In this document: one piece after another, positions 14,340 through 27,673 of the stretch
Position numbering within the stretch: the stretch's first letter is position 1
Layout of the letters: each line of letters opens with the position of its first letter
Notes under the pieces: generated by a model
The model's input: only the letters and a program-made list of their open reading frames with translations
Databases searched by the model: none
What the model was told of the DNA's origin: nothing
Assembly (NCBI RefSeq): GCF_964194025.1
Contig: NC_134482.1
Location: forward strand, 1,240,001 to 1,304,000
DNA: 64,000 bases
Direction of reading: 5' to 3'
From: Convolutriloba macropyga
Taxonomy: Eukaryota
Position numbers and translations under genes: made by a program

Positions 14340-14545
14340 AAGGGCCCTGTGCAGCCAAAGACCCCCTCCCACAGTTGACCCACCCACTGCAGTTGCCTCC
14401 TCATCAGCCCCCCCCCCCCCGGTTCACCCTCCCCCCGCTGCGCTCACCTCATGCGCCTTCAATTAAGCTAAAGCTAGCTTCACTAAACCGTGGCCAGCTA
14501 TTGACGAAGCCAACCGCTTGCCGACATTAGTCGGTTATGTTTTTA
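14340..14545 (+). mobile_element. Short C-rich interspersed repeat with HINE-type 3' hairpin (family E)
   Basis: aagggccctgtgcagccaaagacc...aagctagc...gacgaagc...ccgacattagtcggttatgttt; second copy at 21311-21492. Confidence 0.65.
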
Positions 14546-16825
14546 TTTTTTTCTGAAACGGTGAATTTATAAATCAATTAAATCACTTATCGACTGCAAA
14601 ATTGTTGGAAAATTATAATAGTATTGTGATATGTTTAAAATACGTTATTCATCAGGGCAAAAACGTTGTTGTGTGAGGTAAATTACAGGCAAAAAATAAT
14701 TACGCATCTTGGTCATGCCTTAGCTGCTCCTGGGACTTTATATGAATATGAACAAGTGATCAGCTTGGCTGACCTGATCGCTCCAAAATCATTACGGTGA
14801 GCTCTTAGCTTATTATTGATTATTTTGGTCAACATTTAAGTTGTAATTGCCTTTTCTTTGCAATTTCGGCAATACTCGTGGCAATTTGGGCAGTTCTAAT
14901 ATCAGTTATAGCGCCAACATCTTATTCGCTGGTGTAGTATACCTCGGGATATTTGCGCATTAGTTTGCTTATAGAATTTTTCTGATTACTTTAATTTGCA
15001 ATGATCTTGCTGTATGAATCTCCCTTAACTATTACAGTATAGTAATTTTTTTCCTTTATTTGCTCTCGAATGAAGATAGAGGCAATTATCGTAAACTTCA
15101 GGTTGAGTCTCTTTTTATGCAAAATTTTTGGATAACCGTTCTGTTCTAGAACATTGTTTTGATTTCACTTCTCGTGTCGAATTTTTTAGCACCCGTTAAG
15201 AAAAATTATGAAGGCTACAGTCCCATCTGAATTTATTTGCCCACTCTACTGTCATTCGAGAGCAATTTTATCTAGAATTATTTTGTAACTAAATTTAATT
15301 GGTAGTGAAACGTATCCTAATTTGTCGCTGATTTTTTTTGCCTTTTTGAGTTTTTTTAATCTGCTCATTATAACTTTGCCTTTCTTAGACGCTACCATGT
15401 TTTTCGCATTTTTATCAGTTTAATGCGCACTACGTCTTGATGAATTGAAGACAGCGAAGTTATCGTTCCCTGCTTCGGCACGCTAGAATTTACTTACTTT
15501 TACTTGTCAATTTTTTTTGATGTTTTTAATTGCTTTCCTGGGTAGAGATGTAGTCTTTCGAGTATTTTTGGCCCACTGTAGCTTTTTTGCCCTTGCCATT
15601 GGCGTAGCATTTTGGCTGACATTGGAGTCATGTTAGTTGTTTTTTGCATGTTGTTGTCTTCAAAAATGATACCCGAGTGATTTTTCCTGACAATCCATGT
15701 TGGGGGAGTTATGGACAACTGGTGACATTGGTGATTCTAACGAGGCTAATTGATGGCTGCTTTCGAAAAGCGGTTATAATTGAAGTAGGCTCAATTACAA
15801 TTTGATATCACAATTAGTAAGAAAAATTTAAAGGTTCATGATCAGTATGACTTTTTCAAGTACAATCGTTTTTGTTTTGAATCTCCCTCTCCACATAGTT
15901 GTGACGTACAACAATTGAGATGTAATACTATAACGATTATAAGAGAACCGAAAATTGATTCAAATAAATCTACGGGCAACTTAAGATTCTCAGTCAATTA
16001 AAACATACAAATCCGCTCAATCAGTTTCTCAACCAATTACATTATAGCCTGCTAATAGAAAATGCTGAACTTTTTTTGATTCGCGAAATTTATAAGTAAT
16101 TAAAAATGAATTTAAACGGTTTTCCCACGGTATCTACTAATATACAAAGGAAGCCAGCTATACGAGATGAGCCTAGACAAAAAATATACAGTCGACTGTA
16201 TAAGATCATACACAATGTAGAAATTTGTCAGAATGTTGTTGAAGAAGTTATCGAAAACAACACAAATGCTATCCAAGATTCAACATTTTGTGCATTCTGT
16301 ATTATTACCGAAGACGTCAATTACCGTCGTTACCAAATCCAGTTTCAGATGTTATCTTATCTGACTCCTGCCTGGAACAATCAACAACCTGAAACCGCTT
16401 TTTGTGGCAAAAAGTGAATCGCTCTGTAAGGCAATGTTTTTAGAGTTTTCATCGAAAAGATTGCGAAATGTGAAAAAAACCTGATGTGCTGCGCCGTTCA
16501 AGCAAATTTATACTAGTTCAGCGAGTTCAATAGAAAGAAAATTCCTTTAGTTTTTTTCTCTCCACTCGTGTCTGTGATTTTTGTGTGATCTAAATTGTTT
16601 TTTTCTAGATTTACAAACAGCTGGAATCTATCGGTCACGCTGCTTATCGGAATTTCACAAGAAATTAAAGAAAGTCTAATATGGCTCCATAAACCACGCA
16701 TTTAGTCATAGAAAAGCAAACACCACCCCACTTCCAAGCCTCGCAGCAGAAAGTGGTCTATAGGTCTACACAACAAAACTTTTTAGATAATTGGTGAATA
16801 TCTTCATACAACCCATCAGCAATGT

Positions 16826-18656
16826 TTAATAGCCGCCCTCATCTTCTCAGCCGGCTATTATAGCGCTTCTATTTTTGTACTTCGTCGAACAAACAATTGT
16901 TTCGCTTTACCTCATTTTGCCGCTTTTTCAACATTTTGCGTGAAATCTTTTTGACTTCTCTAGGCTAGTTTCTCTCTTCTCTCGTTCTGCTAAAAGTGAT
17001 TTTGAACATCAGTTGCTCAGCAAAGCAATTCAAAATGAACAGAGTCAGTATAAAAAATTGAAGTCGAAACCCATAAAGCCCAATATTAGATGCCCGCTAT
17101 TTGAACGTGGTTCCTATAAGTCTTAGTTACCATCTCTAATGCTTATTGGTATTGATAGTAGCCCCTGTAGCCTCTCTCTGGGAAACAGAAGTATGTTCAA
17201 CTACGAAATGCCATCAAAATAAATCGGACTTAAAAAATGTTTTTGTACAAAAATCTTTTTTTTTCAATCTCTTCTATTTCAATCCCAATCATGCTTATTG
17301 GAATCAACGGCGGCTATTTTCCGGCAATCTGCCGGGTATGTTTTTAATTGCTCTCGAACGAAGTTTGAGGCAATTATTGTAAACGTCTTTCTTATGCAAA
17401 ATGCTTGAACATTTTTGCGCTTTTGTTCTGGAACATTCTTTGACTTCTTTAGTGACTTGGCGCTTGTTCTTCATTATTAGCTGATATAAGTTTTTCTCTT
17501 TCTTAAACTATCCAAAGTTAGTCGGTTTATGTTTTGGAAGCGTGTCATTAATTGGCTGCTAGTTGGAAGATTAGGTTGTCGAGGAGAGTAAAAGTCGGCC
17601 AGTTTAATATTTATTAATAGCCGCCCTCATCTTCTCAGCCGGCTATTATTGCGCTCGTATTTTTTTTACTTCGTCAAACTTTTTTTCGCTTTACCATTTT
17701 GCCGCTTTTTCGACATTTTGCGTGAAATCTTTTTGACTTCTCTAGGCTAGTTTCTCTCTTCTCTCATTCTGCTAAAAGTGAATTTGAACATCAGTTGATA
17801 AGCAAAGCAATTCAAAATGAACAGAGTCGGTATAAAAAATTGAAGTCAGAAATAGAAACGGGATAAACCCATAAAGCCCAATTTTAGATGCCCGCTATTT
17901 GAAAGCCGTTCCTATAAGTCTTAGTTACCACCTCTAATGCTTATTGGTGTTGATAGTAGCCCCTGTAGCCTCTCTCTAAGAAACAGAAGTATGTTCAACT
18001 ACGAAATGCCATCAAAATAAATCGGACTTAAAAAATATTTTTGTACAAAAATCTTTTTTTTTCAATATATTCTATTCGTTCAATCCCAATCATGCTTATT
18101 GGAATCAACGGTGGCTATTTTCCGGCTATCTGCCGGGTATGTTTATTAATAGCCACCGTCAGCCTCTCAACGGCTATTGTTTAGGCCCTCTCCTTTTTAA
18201 AATTATTTCACATTTTCACGTTTTTGATTTTGCCACGCTTGACTTCTGACTTACTTCACCCACTGTTTGAACTGAACAGATTTTAACATCTTTCACGCAT
18301 TGAATTACGCAATGTAGCGAATACGGTGAAAGTCAAAAGAGCAAAATCAAAAGATCAAAGAAACAGGATAAGCATATAAAGCCCGGTCATTAAGTCGTAA
18401 TGCATTAGGTTATCAAAGGTGATTAAAGCAATATTTAGATGGCATTAGTATTATACTGAAGAGCCTTCAGTTTAGAAGCTGAATTAAGTGAAATTTTGGA
18501 ATATGAAAGAATATGCAGAATTTACACACCAAATAAGAACACTGACACTTAAAAATTCTGTCAGTTTCTTTCTCTTAAGTTTCTTTTCTGTTTCAATCCT
18601 AATGTGCGTCAAGCGGGTCAAGGGCGGCTATTTTCCGGCAATTTCCGCCTATGTTT
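16826..18656 (+). mobile_element. Cluster of four HINE elements in two abutting head-to-tail pairs (A 16826-17345 + B 17346-17534; A 17614-18144 + C 18146-18656)
   Basis: Family A has a 5' subTIR aatagccgcc with internal IR cggctatt, a 3' subTIR ggcggctatt, hairpin ccggca-atc-tgccgg and a T tail. Insertions lie in T runs without a TSD. Confidence 0.85.
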
Positions 18657-21600
18657 AAAATTTCGAAATAGTTTCTAGAGAGAAGATTCAATTGAATGAA
18701 CGACTAGGACAACTTTTAATTGATAATGTTGTTCGTTCATGAGAGTATTCCGTAAAAATTTTGCTTTCGATGTTTGAATTCTAAGTTTATTTTTAAAACT
18801 GGGGAAGTCAGCTTTTCAAGAAAATGTTGCTCGACATCAGCAGTTGGTGATATCTTCATTTATTGTCATAGTTTTCGGGTGCTTATTTCAATCAGTTTAC
18901 TTTTGGGTACGCAATTTTGACTGGCAGTGTTTGTGTTCCAAGCGTCCAACTAACATAAGTGGTCGAGTTTGCTTACTTGAGGTACTCCTGCAGCACCTGT
19001 CCAGTCATGTTTGGGTTCATTTCATAGAGGTACATGCCCCCCATCCCATCCTGGTATCTGCCCATGTTCACCAAATAGTTGCCCAGTTTTCTACTGCCTG
19101 AGCCCACTGGCTGCCATTTGATAGCTGCAAAAGAGTCCATTGTTGTAAAGTGATCAAATCTTTCTATTTCTCTGGATACTACGTAGTCCGTGGACATATT
19201 AATTGTTAAATATTTTGTATAGGTACCGTTCTTTTAGTTGGTATCACTATTTTTGGTTCTAATTTTGAGTGACCAATCACAATTAAGTAATATGAAATGC
19301 ATACAAAAAAACAAGCAATCAAGTTGCCTCGATTAACTTTTATTATCTTCGGCTATCTGAATCTCTCGACTATTTTCGTGCATATCATACGACTCTGTTG
19401 ACGCTGATTAGTTGCAATGATCTAATTTGGCATTTCAAACTATAAATTCAAGCTATAAATTGAGATCATATAAGTTGAGCGATAATCTGTTTCTCTATTA
19501 ATAGGGAATATCCTGTCGTTCGGTGGTGAAAAAGTTTTTCCAAGTTTTTGATTTCGGTAGTTTTGATTTCTGATCTCCAAATTAGTTGAAAATTGGTCAA
19601 TTTTTCAGCTTACTTTTGTTAGGACTGTTGATTCCCGACTGCATGTGTTCTCCAGAGACAGCGTCAAATGTAGCATCTAACCTCTCGTACTCATACACAA
19701 TTATAGTCTTCTGAACAAGACCACTAAGTGTTTTGAACTTTCGATCCTGTAGAACTGCAATGGTGAATGCATTCTGGGTCCCGTTCCATTTCACTCGGAA
19801 TCCCCATCGGGGTTTGAAGTAGCCATCCGAAATGAAATCGGGTTCCGATATCCACAATTTGGCAGTTTCCTCCAGCTCTTCAAAAGGAGGCGCCGCAGTT
19901 TTTGTCTCGAATAAGCTGTTTGAAAGGTTACTCAATTAACTATCATTTTTTAAATAGAGCTGAGGTTATGTTCCATGTATAAAGCAAAGTAGAAAAAATT
20001 GTGGTTGACGCAATGTGATAAAAATCTAATGATTATTCGGATGTCTCATAATTGTAAAGTGCATGCCCGTTGCTCGAAATACTTATTGGACATTAACGAT
20101 AAAAAAAACGTTCTCTAAGTCTCAAATAATATATTTTTTGCAAGATCATTGTCAGATTTTCATTTATCAATTAATTCAAGCTAATTGGTCTTTTACTTGG
20201 CATTTTCTTTGTTAAAATTTCGATAGTACGTGTCCTCCCTTTGAATGAGAGTTCCTCGTAAGTGGCATTTGAATTTTGGTCAGGTTGTCCGATGAGAGCG
20301 GGTGCCAGAATAATGGAGCCATTTAGATGGTCAAATAGACCAGGAGAGGTGAGGATTTCAGGTGCATCACTACCTAAGTCACAATTGTTTTAGAAATGCT
20401 CTCTAGTTGCAGTCAGACAAATGGTTTTGTCTTGTAGATTTAGCAGACTAAACTTTTTTTTCGTTCTTCTAAATATTTGTTTCTACCAAGGACTGGAGGA
20501 ATTTTGTTAGGATAATTAATAGCAGCCGTCAGCTTCTCTTTTCAGACAGAGCGAAAAAAGTTTTGAAAAATTTTTCGTAGCAATTTTTAAGTTTGAACTC
20601 AGTTAAACACATTTTTTTTCAGTTGAAGTTGTTTATATCGTTTACCTAAGGTACCTAGTGAAAACCCCATTTTCACTAGGCTTTATCTTCTTCGAGCAGT
20701 TAGCTTTCATTTCGATGTTCAATGTTCAACTAATAATCTTGAAAAAAAATCAAAGACCCCTCTCAGCGACTGTTATTTAGGCGCTTTCCTTTTACATTTC
20801 AACTAATTTGAATCGAATTGGTGTGCTGTGTTATGAAAATACGTGAACAATCTAAAAAATTTAACACAGCGTACCAATAAAATTTATTTGAAATTTGAAA
20901 CAAGGGAGCGCCTAAACAGCTATTGAGAGGCTAGGCTCACTGTGGCTGTAAGTAAAACAATGCATTGAAGTCTTTCATTTGTTCATGATACTTGAGTGAA
21001 CATCGAACCACGAAATGAACGCTAGCTTTTTTTGGTCACAATGAAGCTGGAAAGAGAGCAGAATTTGAGTCGTTTTGCGGAGTAAATTTTTTTTACTGCA
21101 ATATAAATTTAAAGAAATTGATGTTTGAACAAAAATCGTTTTCTCGATTGTGTTTCAATTCACATGCAAAATTTTGAGCTTTTACAGTTTTTCGAGTTTT
21201 TCTAACCTGTTTTTTCAATCGTTTTCCAAATACAAAGCTAGTCATGTCTAAGATCTAGTTTTTTGTTAAGTCAATGAAAGTTTTTTGTCCTGCTATGTTT
21301 TCTATTTCGTAAGGGACCTGTGCAGCCAAAGACCGTCATCCCCCTCACTGTTGGCCCCACCCCCGTGGACTCCCCACCCGCAGCGCTCACCTCTAAAGCT
21401 AGCCTTACTAAAGTGGCTAGCTAATGACGAAGCAAACCGCTCGCTGTTCGTTTGAAAGCAGTTTGCCCGACGTTAGTCGGTTGTTATGTTTCTCATTGTT
21501 TTTTATTACCTTGGGCAGTGTGGTTAACGGTGGCTATTTTTGCATTTTGCCGGCTATCTTTTTGATTTAATGGGTTCTTCTGAAGTGTTTTGTTGAAAAT

Positions 21601-21832
21601 TTTTCGTATAATGTGAGCCGAGTTATGTATGTCAGTAAAGAGATTTGCGGAGAATTTGATTTCGATTAAAACCATAGATTCCTAAGTAGTATTAGCATAA
21701 TTTCCTTTTTTTGCCATGTATACTGGTATCTGATTTCGATGACCTAATTAGCTGTTTTTGATTTAAATTATTTCAATTTCGTTTGATACTACAAATGACT
21801 GAATTTCGAAGCTTGCGTTTGTCAAAAAGTTA

Positions 21833-22759
21833 TTAATAGCTGCACAGCGATAGCGTGGGGCTTTTATTGGTTCTCTTGGTTTTTTATTTCGTCGTCGCGA
21901 TTTTTGTTACGACCATATGACGCCACAACCACTTCAAAACTGCTTTTTGTTCATTCGTTCATGCAATTTTAACTGAAGTGCGTGCGTGACGTCATTTTTC
22001 GCTCTTAGTGGAGCCAGTTTTTTGTCCAATCGCGTGATTAGATATTTGGTCCAACTTGACTTACCTCACTCTCAAAATTAACTTCCTGACTCGAAAATTG
22101 GCTTCTCTTTGCTATAGTTCAAAGAGATAAGGTCAAATGAGTGCGTGTCACTCTAAATGAAGGTTATTTAAGAGCAGCTATTAGAGGCAGCAAAAATTTG
22201 TACAGATTTTAAATCAAAATATAGTATATCAGCCTTCAATGAAAAGACGAACTTTTTGGTCAGTCTTTTACCGTTTTTTTGAGATTGCAGATCTACGAAG
22301 CTATTGCGGCTATTTTCTGGCAATCTGCCAGCTATGTTTTTGGTCACGCCGAAACAGGAGTTGGAGTGAAAAAGCAATTGGTTTCGAGGCGTGAATTTTT
22401 TTTGCTCTATCTTTAAAGTAGAGTGAGAAAACGGTGTTTGAACAAAAATTCGCTTTATCGCTAGTGGATTTTTGTTCACACGCGGCATTTTGACATTATT
22501 TTCAGTTTTTTTTTCAAAAAATAACTTCATCGCTTTTTTCTTTAATTCAAAGAGATATGGTCATGTGAGTGTGTGGTACTCCAATTAAAGGTTATGTGAG
22601 AGCAACTAACAGAAGTGGCAACAAGTTGAACACATTCGTATTCAAAATATAACATCTCTGCATTTAATAAAAAAAATTTGGTCTGTTTCTCACTATTTTT
22701 CGACACTGTGATCTACAAAGCTATTGCTGCTATTTTCTGGTAATCTGGCAGCTATGTTT
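21833..22759 (+). mobile_element. HINE-like family D with duplicated 3' end
   Basis: ttaatagctgc start; two 3' ends, gcggctattttctggcaatctgccagctatgtt at ~22340 and a variant at ~22759. Confidence 0.75.
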
Positions 22760-24160
22760 GAGAAACCTTATTTGTGAATTATAATTTTTTTTCTGTTTGC
22801 CTGTCAAGTTCCAAGTTTTTTTGTCCATTAATATAGATTAATTACAACGTTGTTCGTTCCGTGATTAGCAAATTAACATTATTTTCGTCAAATGTAATTG
22901 ACCTAGCGTAATATATCCGTTCGTGCAGATGTGAATGGCATGGAAAGTGGTGTTTCGGAGGGTGAAAGATCCCTGTAGTTTGATGTCATAGGAGCACTTG
23001 TCAGGTCCAGTGATATATATGGGCTAAGATTAGAAAAATTGTTCAGAGGGATCTCGTTAACAATTTGTTCCAAAAGTTGTTATTAGTTTCGAGCGCATAA
23101 GTCCAACGTCATGCTAAATATTCGTAGCCGAACACGGGAACATGTAAGCTTGATTTGAAATAATGTAAAAATAAAAAAAAACTTTTTTGACGTAAACTTT
23201 AACCGGAAGTAGTTTACTTTTTTGATTTTTATTTTGATTTCATTTCTGGCGTTAACCCTGAAAAAAATCTGGAGCGAAACAAATGTTTTCTCAGAAGGTT
23301 TTTAATGTACTTAAAATGTTAACGAGATTCCTGAGGTTGAGAACAATGAAGGCGAAGGAGTAAGAAGAGTACTACGAAGATGAGCTGCATTTCGGATGAA
23401 AAGTATTAAAACTTTAAGCTGTATATCACTAAGAATACTTTGTTTGTCAGGAGAATGATACTGTTGTCATTAATAGTTTTATTCTGAGATAAGGTTGCCT
23501 GCTCTTGTTAATTCCATGTCAGTTGTCATTATTGAAACATAGCTGACTGCATGTACGCAATTACTGCATCTGATTGAGGTCATGTTTTATACTAAAGTAT
23601 TGATTCAATCGGTCAACCGAGTTGAAAAGAAATATTGTGATTCGAACTATCAAGAAACATAAGGAGGAACACTGATTTCTAAGGTAGAGCAATGAGTAAT
23701 CAGTTGAAGCAGTATCATGGCAGTGTGAACTTAGTTACCTGGGATATAGAATGTACTTGGTCGTCTATGGATCAAAATGGCTTGATTCCGAGCGGATTGC
23801 TTTTCTCATCGCGTATAGATGTGACGGATGGGAGTTTAATAACTTTGTTCCCAGCTACAATTTAAAATGTTTTTTGAGCCGAATATTTTAAATGCATTTG
23901 AAAGTCGTCGTCTCGTTTGGATCATGTAGCGTGTATCTTTTTGAAAGAGATTTTAAATTGAAAACAAAATTTGTAACTATAATTGTATCTTCAAAAAGAA
24001 CATAGGTTTTTTCTGAAAAAGGCACCATACGGAGAAACAGCACTGCCTTTTGGCGTTCTCTGGGATTGGAAACGATAACTTAATAACAACAAATGTTTGT
24101 ACATTGTTATCCTAGTAATTTGCGACCTCTCTAGTCTAAAAACAATTTATTATCATTATT

Positions 24161-25239
24161 AATAGCCGCCCTCATCTTCTCAGCCGGCTATTATAGCGCT
24201 CCTATTTTTTTTTCAATAGCCGCCCTCATCTTCTCAGCCGGCTATTATAGCGCTCCTATTTTTTTTTTACTTCGTCGAATAAAAAAATGTTTCGCTTTAC
24301 CTCATTTTGCCGCGTTTTCAACATTTTGCGTGAAATCTTTTTGACTTCTCTAGGCTAGTTTCTCTCTTCTCTCATTCTGCTAAAAGTGATTTTGAACATC
24401 AGTTGCTAAGCAAAGCAATTCAAAATGAACAGAGTCAGTAGAAAAAATTGAAGTCAGAAATAGAAACGGGATAAACCCATAAAGCCCAATTTTAGATGCC
24501 CGCTATTTGAACGTCGTTTTTATAAGTATTAGTTACCTCTCTCTAATGCTTATTGTTATTGATAGTAGCACCTGTAGCCTCTCTCTAAGAAACAGAAGTA
24601 TAATCAACTACGAAATGCCATCAAAATAAATCGGACTTAAAAAAATGTTTTTGTACAAAAATTTTTTTTTTCAATATCTTCTGTTATTTCAATCCCAATC
24701 ATGCTTATTGGAATCAACGGCGGCTATTGTCCGGCAATCTGCCGGGTATGTTTTTACTTCGTCGAATAAAAAAATGTTTCGCTTTACCTCATTTTGCCGC
24801 CTTTTCAACATTTTGCGTGAAATCTTTTTGACTTCTCTAGGCTAGTTTCTCTCTTCTCTCATTCTGCTAAAAGTGATTTTGAACATCAGTTGCTCAGCAA
24901 AGCAATTCAAAATGAACAGTCAGTATAAAAAATTGAAGTCAGAAATAGAAACGGGATAAACCCATAAAGCCCAATTTTAGATGCCCGCTATTTGAACGTC
25001 GGTCCTGTAAGTATTAGTTACCTCTCTCTAATGCTGATTGTTATTGATAGTAGCCCCTGTAGCCTCTCTCTAAGAAACAGAAGTATGTTCAACTACGAAA
25101 TGCCATCAAAATAAATCGGACTTAAAAAAATGTTTTTGTACGAAAATCTTTTTTTTTCAATATCTTCTGTTATTTCAATCCCAGTCATGCTTATTGGAAT
25201 CAACGGCGGCTATTTTCCGGCAATCTGCCGGGTATGTTT
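24161..25239 (+). mobile_element. Tandem array of HINE family A (short 5' duplicate, full copy, 5'-truncated copy)
   Basis: Highly similar to 16826-17345 and 17614-18144. The empty-site version (cattattttaccgc) is visible at ~27757-27770, showing insertion into a T run with no TSD. Confidence 0.9.
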
Positions 25240-25729
25240 TACCGCTTTATTGATGGCTCATACGACCCACAACTGTTCATTCAGTGTTTGAAATAATGTT
25301 CCATGGGTGGAATGAATTAGTGTTCCATGGTAGTATTGTCTATATAGAGGCCTACGCGGCATAGAGCCACTTCGGCCTCTATATACACATTACTCTATTT
25401 CCATTTATATTTCACTCTATATTCCCATTCTTATACAATTAAAATCTATCATTTGCTGTCTCACATAGTGCAATTGGTGAAGCCGCTTCGCGGATCCACT
25501 AATATCGAATTAAGCTGGTAATTATCCATTATCAGACGGATAGTTCGGGTTCTATCAGTGAAACTGCGTCGCAGATCCCCACTGACTCCAGTGGACGTAT
25601 CCCAGATGCTAGTATAACTAGTGAGACCGTGTAACAAGCACGTAAAATCAACGAAGTTGATTTTACGTGCTTGTATTAACAATCTGCGAAGCACCCTCAC
25701 TGACAGAACCTAAATTCACCATTACTACC

Positions 25730-27673
25730 TCTATTACCTTTATCATCAAACGGATCTATAGCTATCTTATACTGTTCCTTAGTTTCTAAATGATGCCTAT
25801 TACTATCAATAGTATAATTAGTAACCTACTTAGTTTTACCTTTATATATAGCATTTTTATAATCTTCTACATTAATTTGGTTTTTAATAGTAGACTTAGT
25901 TATTCATTTTAACTTTTTTCTTCTTTTCTTTTAACAGTAGTATAATATGCTTGAGCTTTAAGGAAACAAGCTTCCATAATAGTATCATTAAGTATTTCAT
26001 CTTTCATTTTACCATAGTAATGTAATATGCCACTTATATTATTCATTTCAGTTTCTATATCACTATCTAAAGGAACATTAATATTTATAATTATACTATC
26101 ACCATCTGTATAATGATAACTACAATCTAACTCTTTCTCAAAGCATTCATATATAGCTTTATACTTAAACAGTTTAGCTTTCTCTAATATGACAAAACCA
26201 ATATAATTAAACTTATCTAACTTAATATTACCCCTTGTTTTATGTACAGCCACAAGATCATCATCAAACTCTACAGCATATTTAAAACTCATATTTTTTA
26301 CTAATTTAATATATCTATCTTTATCATTAACTAACTCTACATCTTGTCTATTATATACATTCTCTATTGTTTTTCCATAGAAGGAATTATTCATTAACTT
26401 AAAGATTACATCACCAAATTTATCCCCCTTAGCTTTAGCTTCTTTTCGTTTCTGAATATTATTCTCAATATAAGGTTTTAACCATTCACTCTTACTATAT
26501 TCTAACTTTTGCTTTATTTTAATATCTTCCAATCTTAAACCGTGATCTAAACAACAATCTAACATCTCTCCATCTATTACATAATCTACCTTATCTGATA
26601 ACTTTAGCATTAACTTCTCATTAGTTCTTTTGATTTACATTTTGATAATCTGTAAACTGACCAATGTTTACCCTAGTCTTTTCAGGAAAGAATGGATATT
26701 TCTTTGTTTTTAGTTTTAAGTCAGTATTATACTTTATATCAATGATGTAGATATAACCTGTGTTAGAGCTAGATCTAGTGTAATTATCTGCGAACGAGCT
26801 CTGCTCGTGGCAAGCCAAGCCAGGTCCTGGATTGTTTTCACAAACACTAATCTTGCCCGTAGGTAATGCTTGCACCATAGCAGAAGCATACAATGAGTTA
26901 CCATAGCAGAAGCATACAAAAATCGAAATATTTTAGATAATTCTCTTTCCCTGTATACTCAGGTTCTATCTTTTTATTTTTACAGATTACATGACAATCA
27001 CCTAATACTGAAGATAACCCACTCCTAATACCATGCTGTATTGTATCATAAATATTAACTGTACTTTCTTTATAATATTGAAATCTAACATTAGTATATT
27101 TCAATCCACAAAACCAAGTTAAACCTGGAGTAGAATATGTATAACAAGGATCCATTTCATAATATTCTAAACACTTATCTCTTAACCTGTCAAATACGTC
27201 TACCGATAATAATACATCTGTTTTAAGATATAGCATCATATAATCCTTTATTGTCTCACATCCAGTATTATTCCAACAATCTATTGCTTGCTTATATTCT
27301 TTATCTGTAATACCACTTTGTTTCAACTTAGAATAGAATGCTTCCTTTGGTGGTAATGTTGTTTCATGTAGTTTATCTATACTATCAAACCATTCATATG
27401 GGAATATACCTTTACGTCTCTCTAACCCAAATTTGTTCAATGTTATACACTCTTTATCATTCAATGTTTTACTTATAGCATCTAAGCTAAGTGGATGGAA
27501 GAACCTAAACCTATCTAATTCTTTTATATAACCCATATCAATACTAATATAATTCTCATCAGTTTTAGTTAATACTTTAAGTCTAATCTTCTTTGGTAGT
27601 TTAGTTATAAATAAGTGATTATCATAATTAGTGGAGTTAAATGCATATATTGGTACGAATGTATTCTTAGCTT
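25730..27673 (-). pseudogene. Protein-primed DNA polymerase B fragment (Polinton/adintovirus type), 5'-truncated and frameshifted
   Basis: Motifs RFFHPLSLD, RKGIFPYEWFDS..LPPKEAFYSKL, YLKTDVLL, DF..YASAM (motif A, with a short tandem duplication), KLMNNSFYGK (motif B) and YTDGDS (degenerate YxDTDS). Sequence texture differs from the flanks. Confidence 0.92.

Larger units (their letters stand above)
16100..23854 (-). pseudogene. Decayed multi-exon NIDO(-AMOP-like) extracellular protein gene (SUSD2/MUC4/mesh-like), antisense in intron 2 of the TMEM47-like gene
   Basis: Minus-strand exons with splice signals: 22903-23023 (PDKCSYDIKLQGSFTLRNTTFHAIHICTNGYITLG), ~20230-20373 (IILAPALIG..ATYEE), ~19614-19900 (FKPRWGFRVKW..NAFTIAVL..IIVYEYERL..QSGIN), 18977-~19202 (GGMYLYEM), and from 16765 leftward (WCLLFYD*..LISCEIP..DRF). 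In-frame stops and an apparently mutated acceptor. Confidence 0.65.

Noticed and set aside
23739-23854. In-frame TGA as selenocysteine or an alternative genetic code
   Set aside because: Other exons of the same gene have TAA stops and a broken acceptor, and the host gene reads normally; decay is the simpler explanation.
25730-27673. pPolB as a displaced part of the 42418-55341 element
   Set aside because: No shared terminal sequence, visibly different composition, and its own flanking host duplication; any link could only be in trans.
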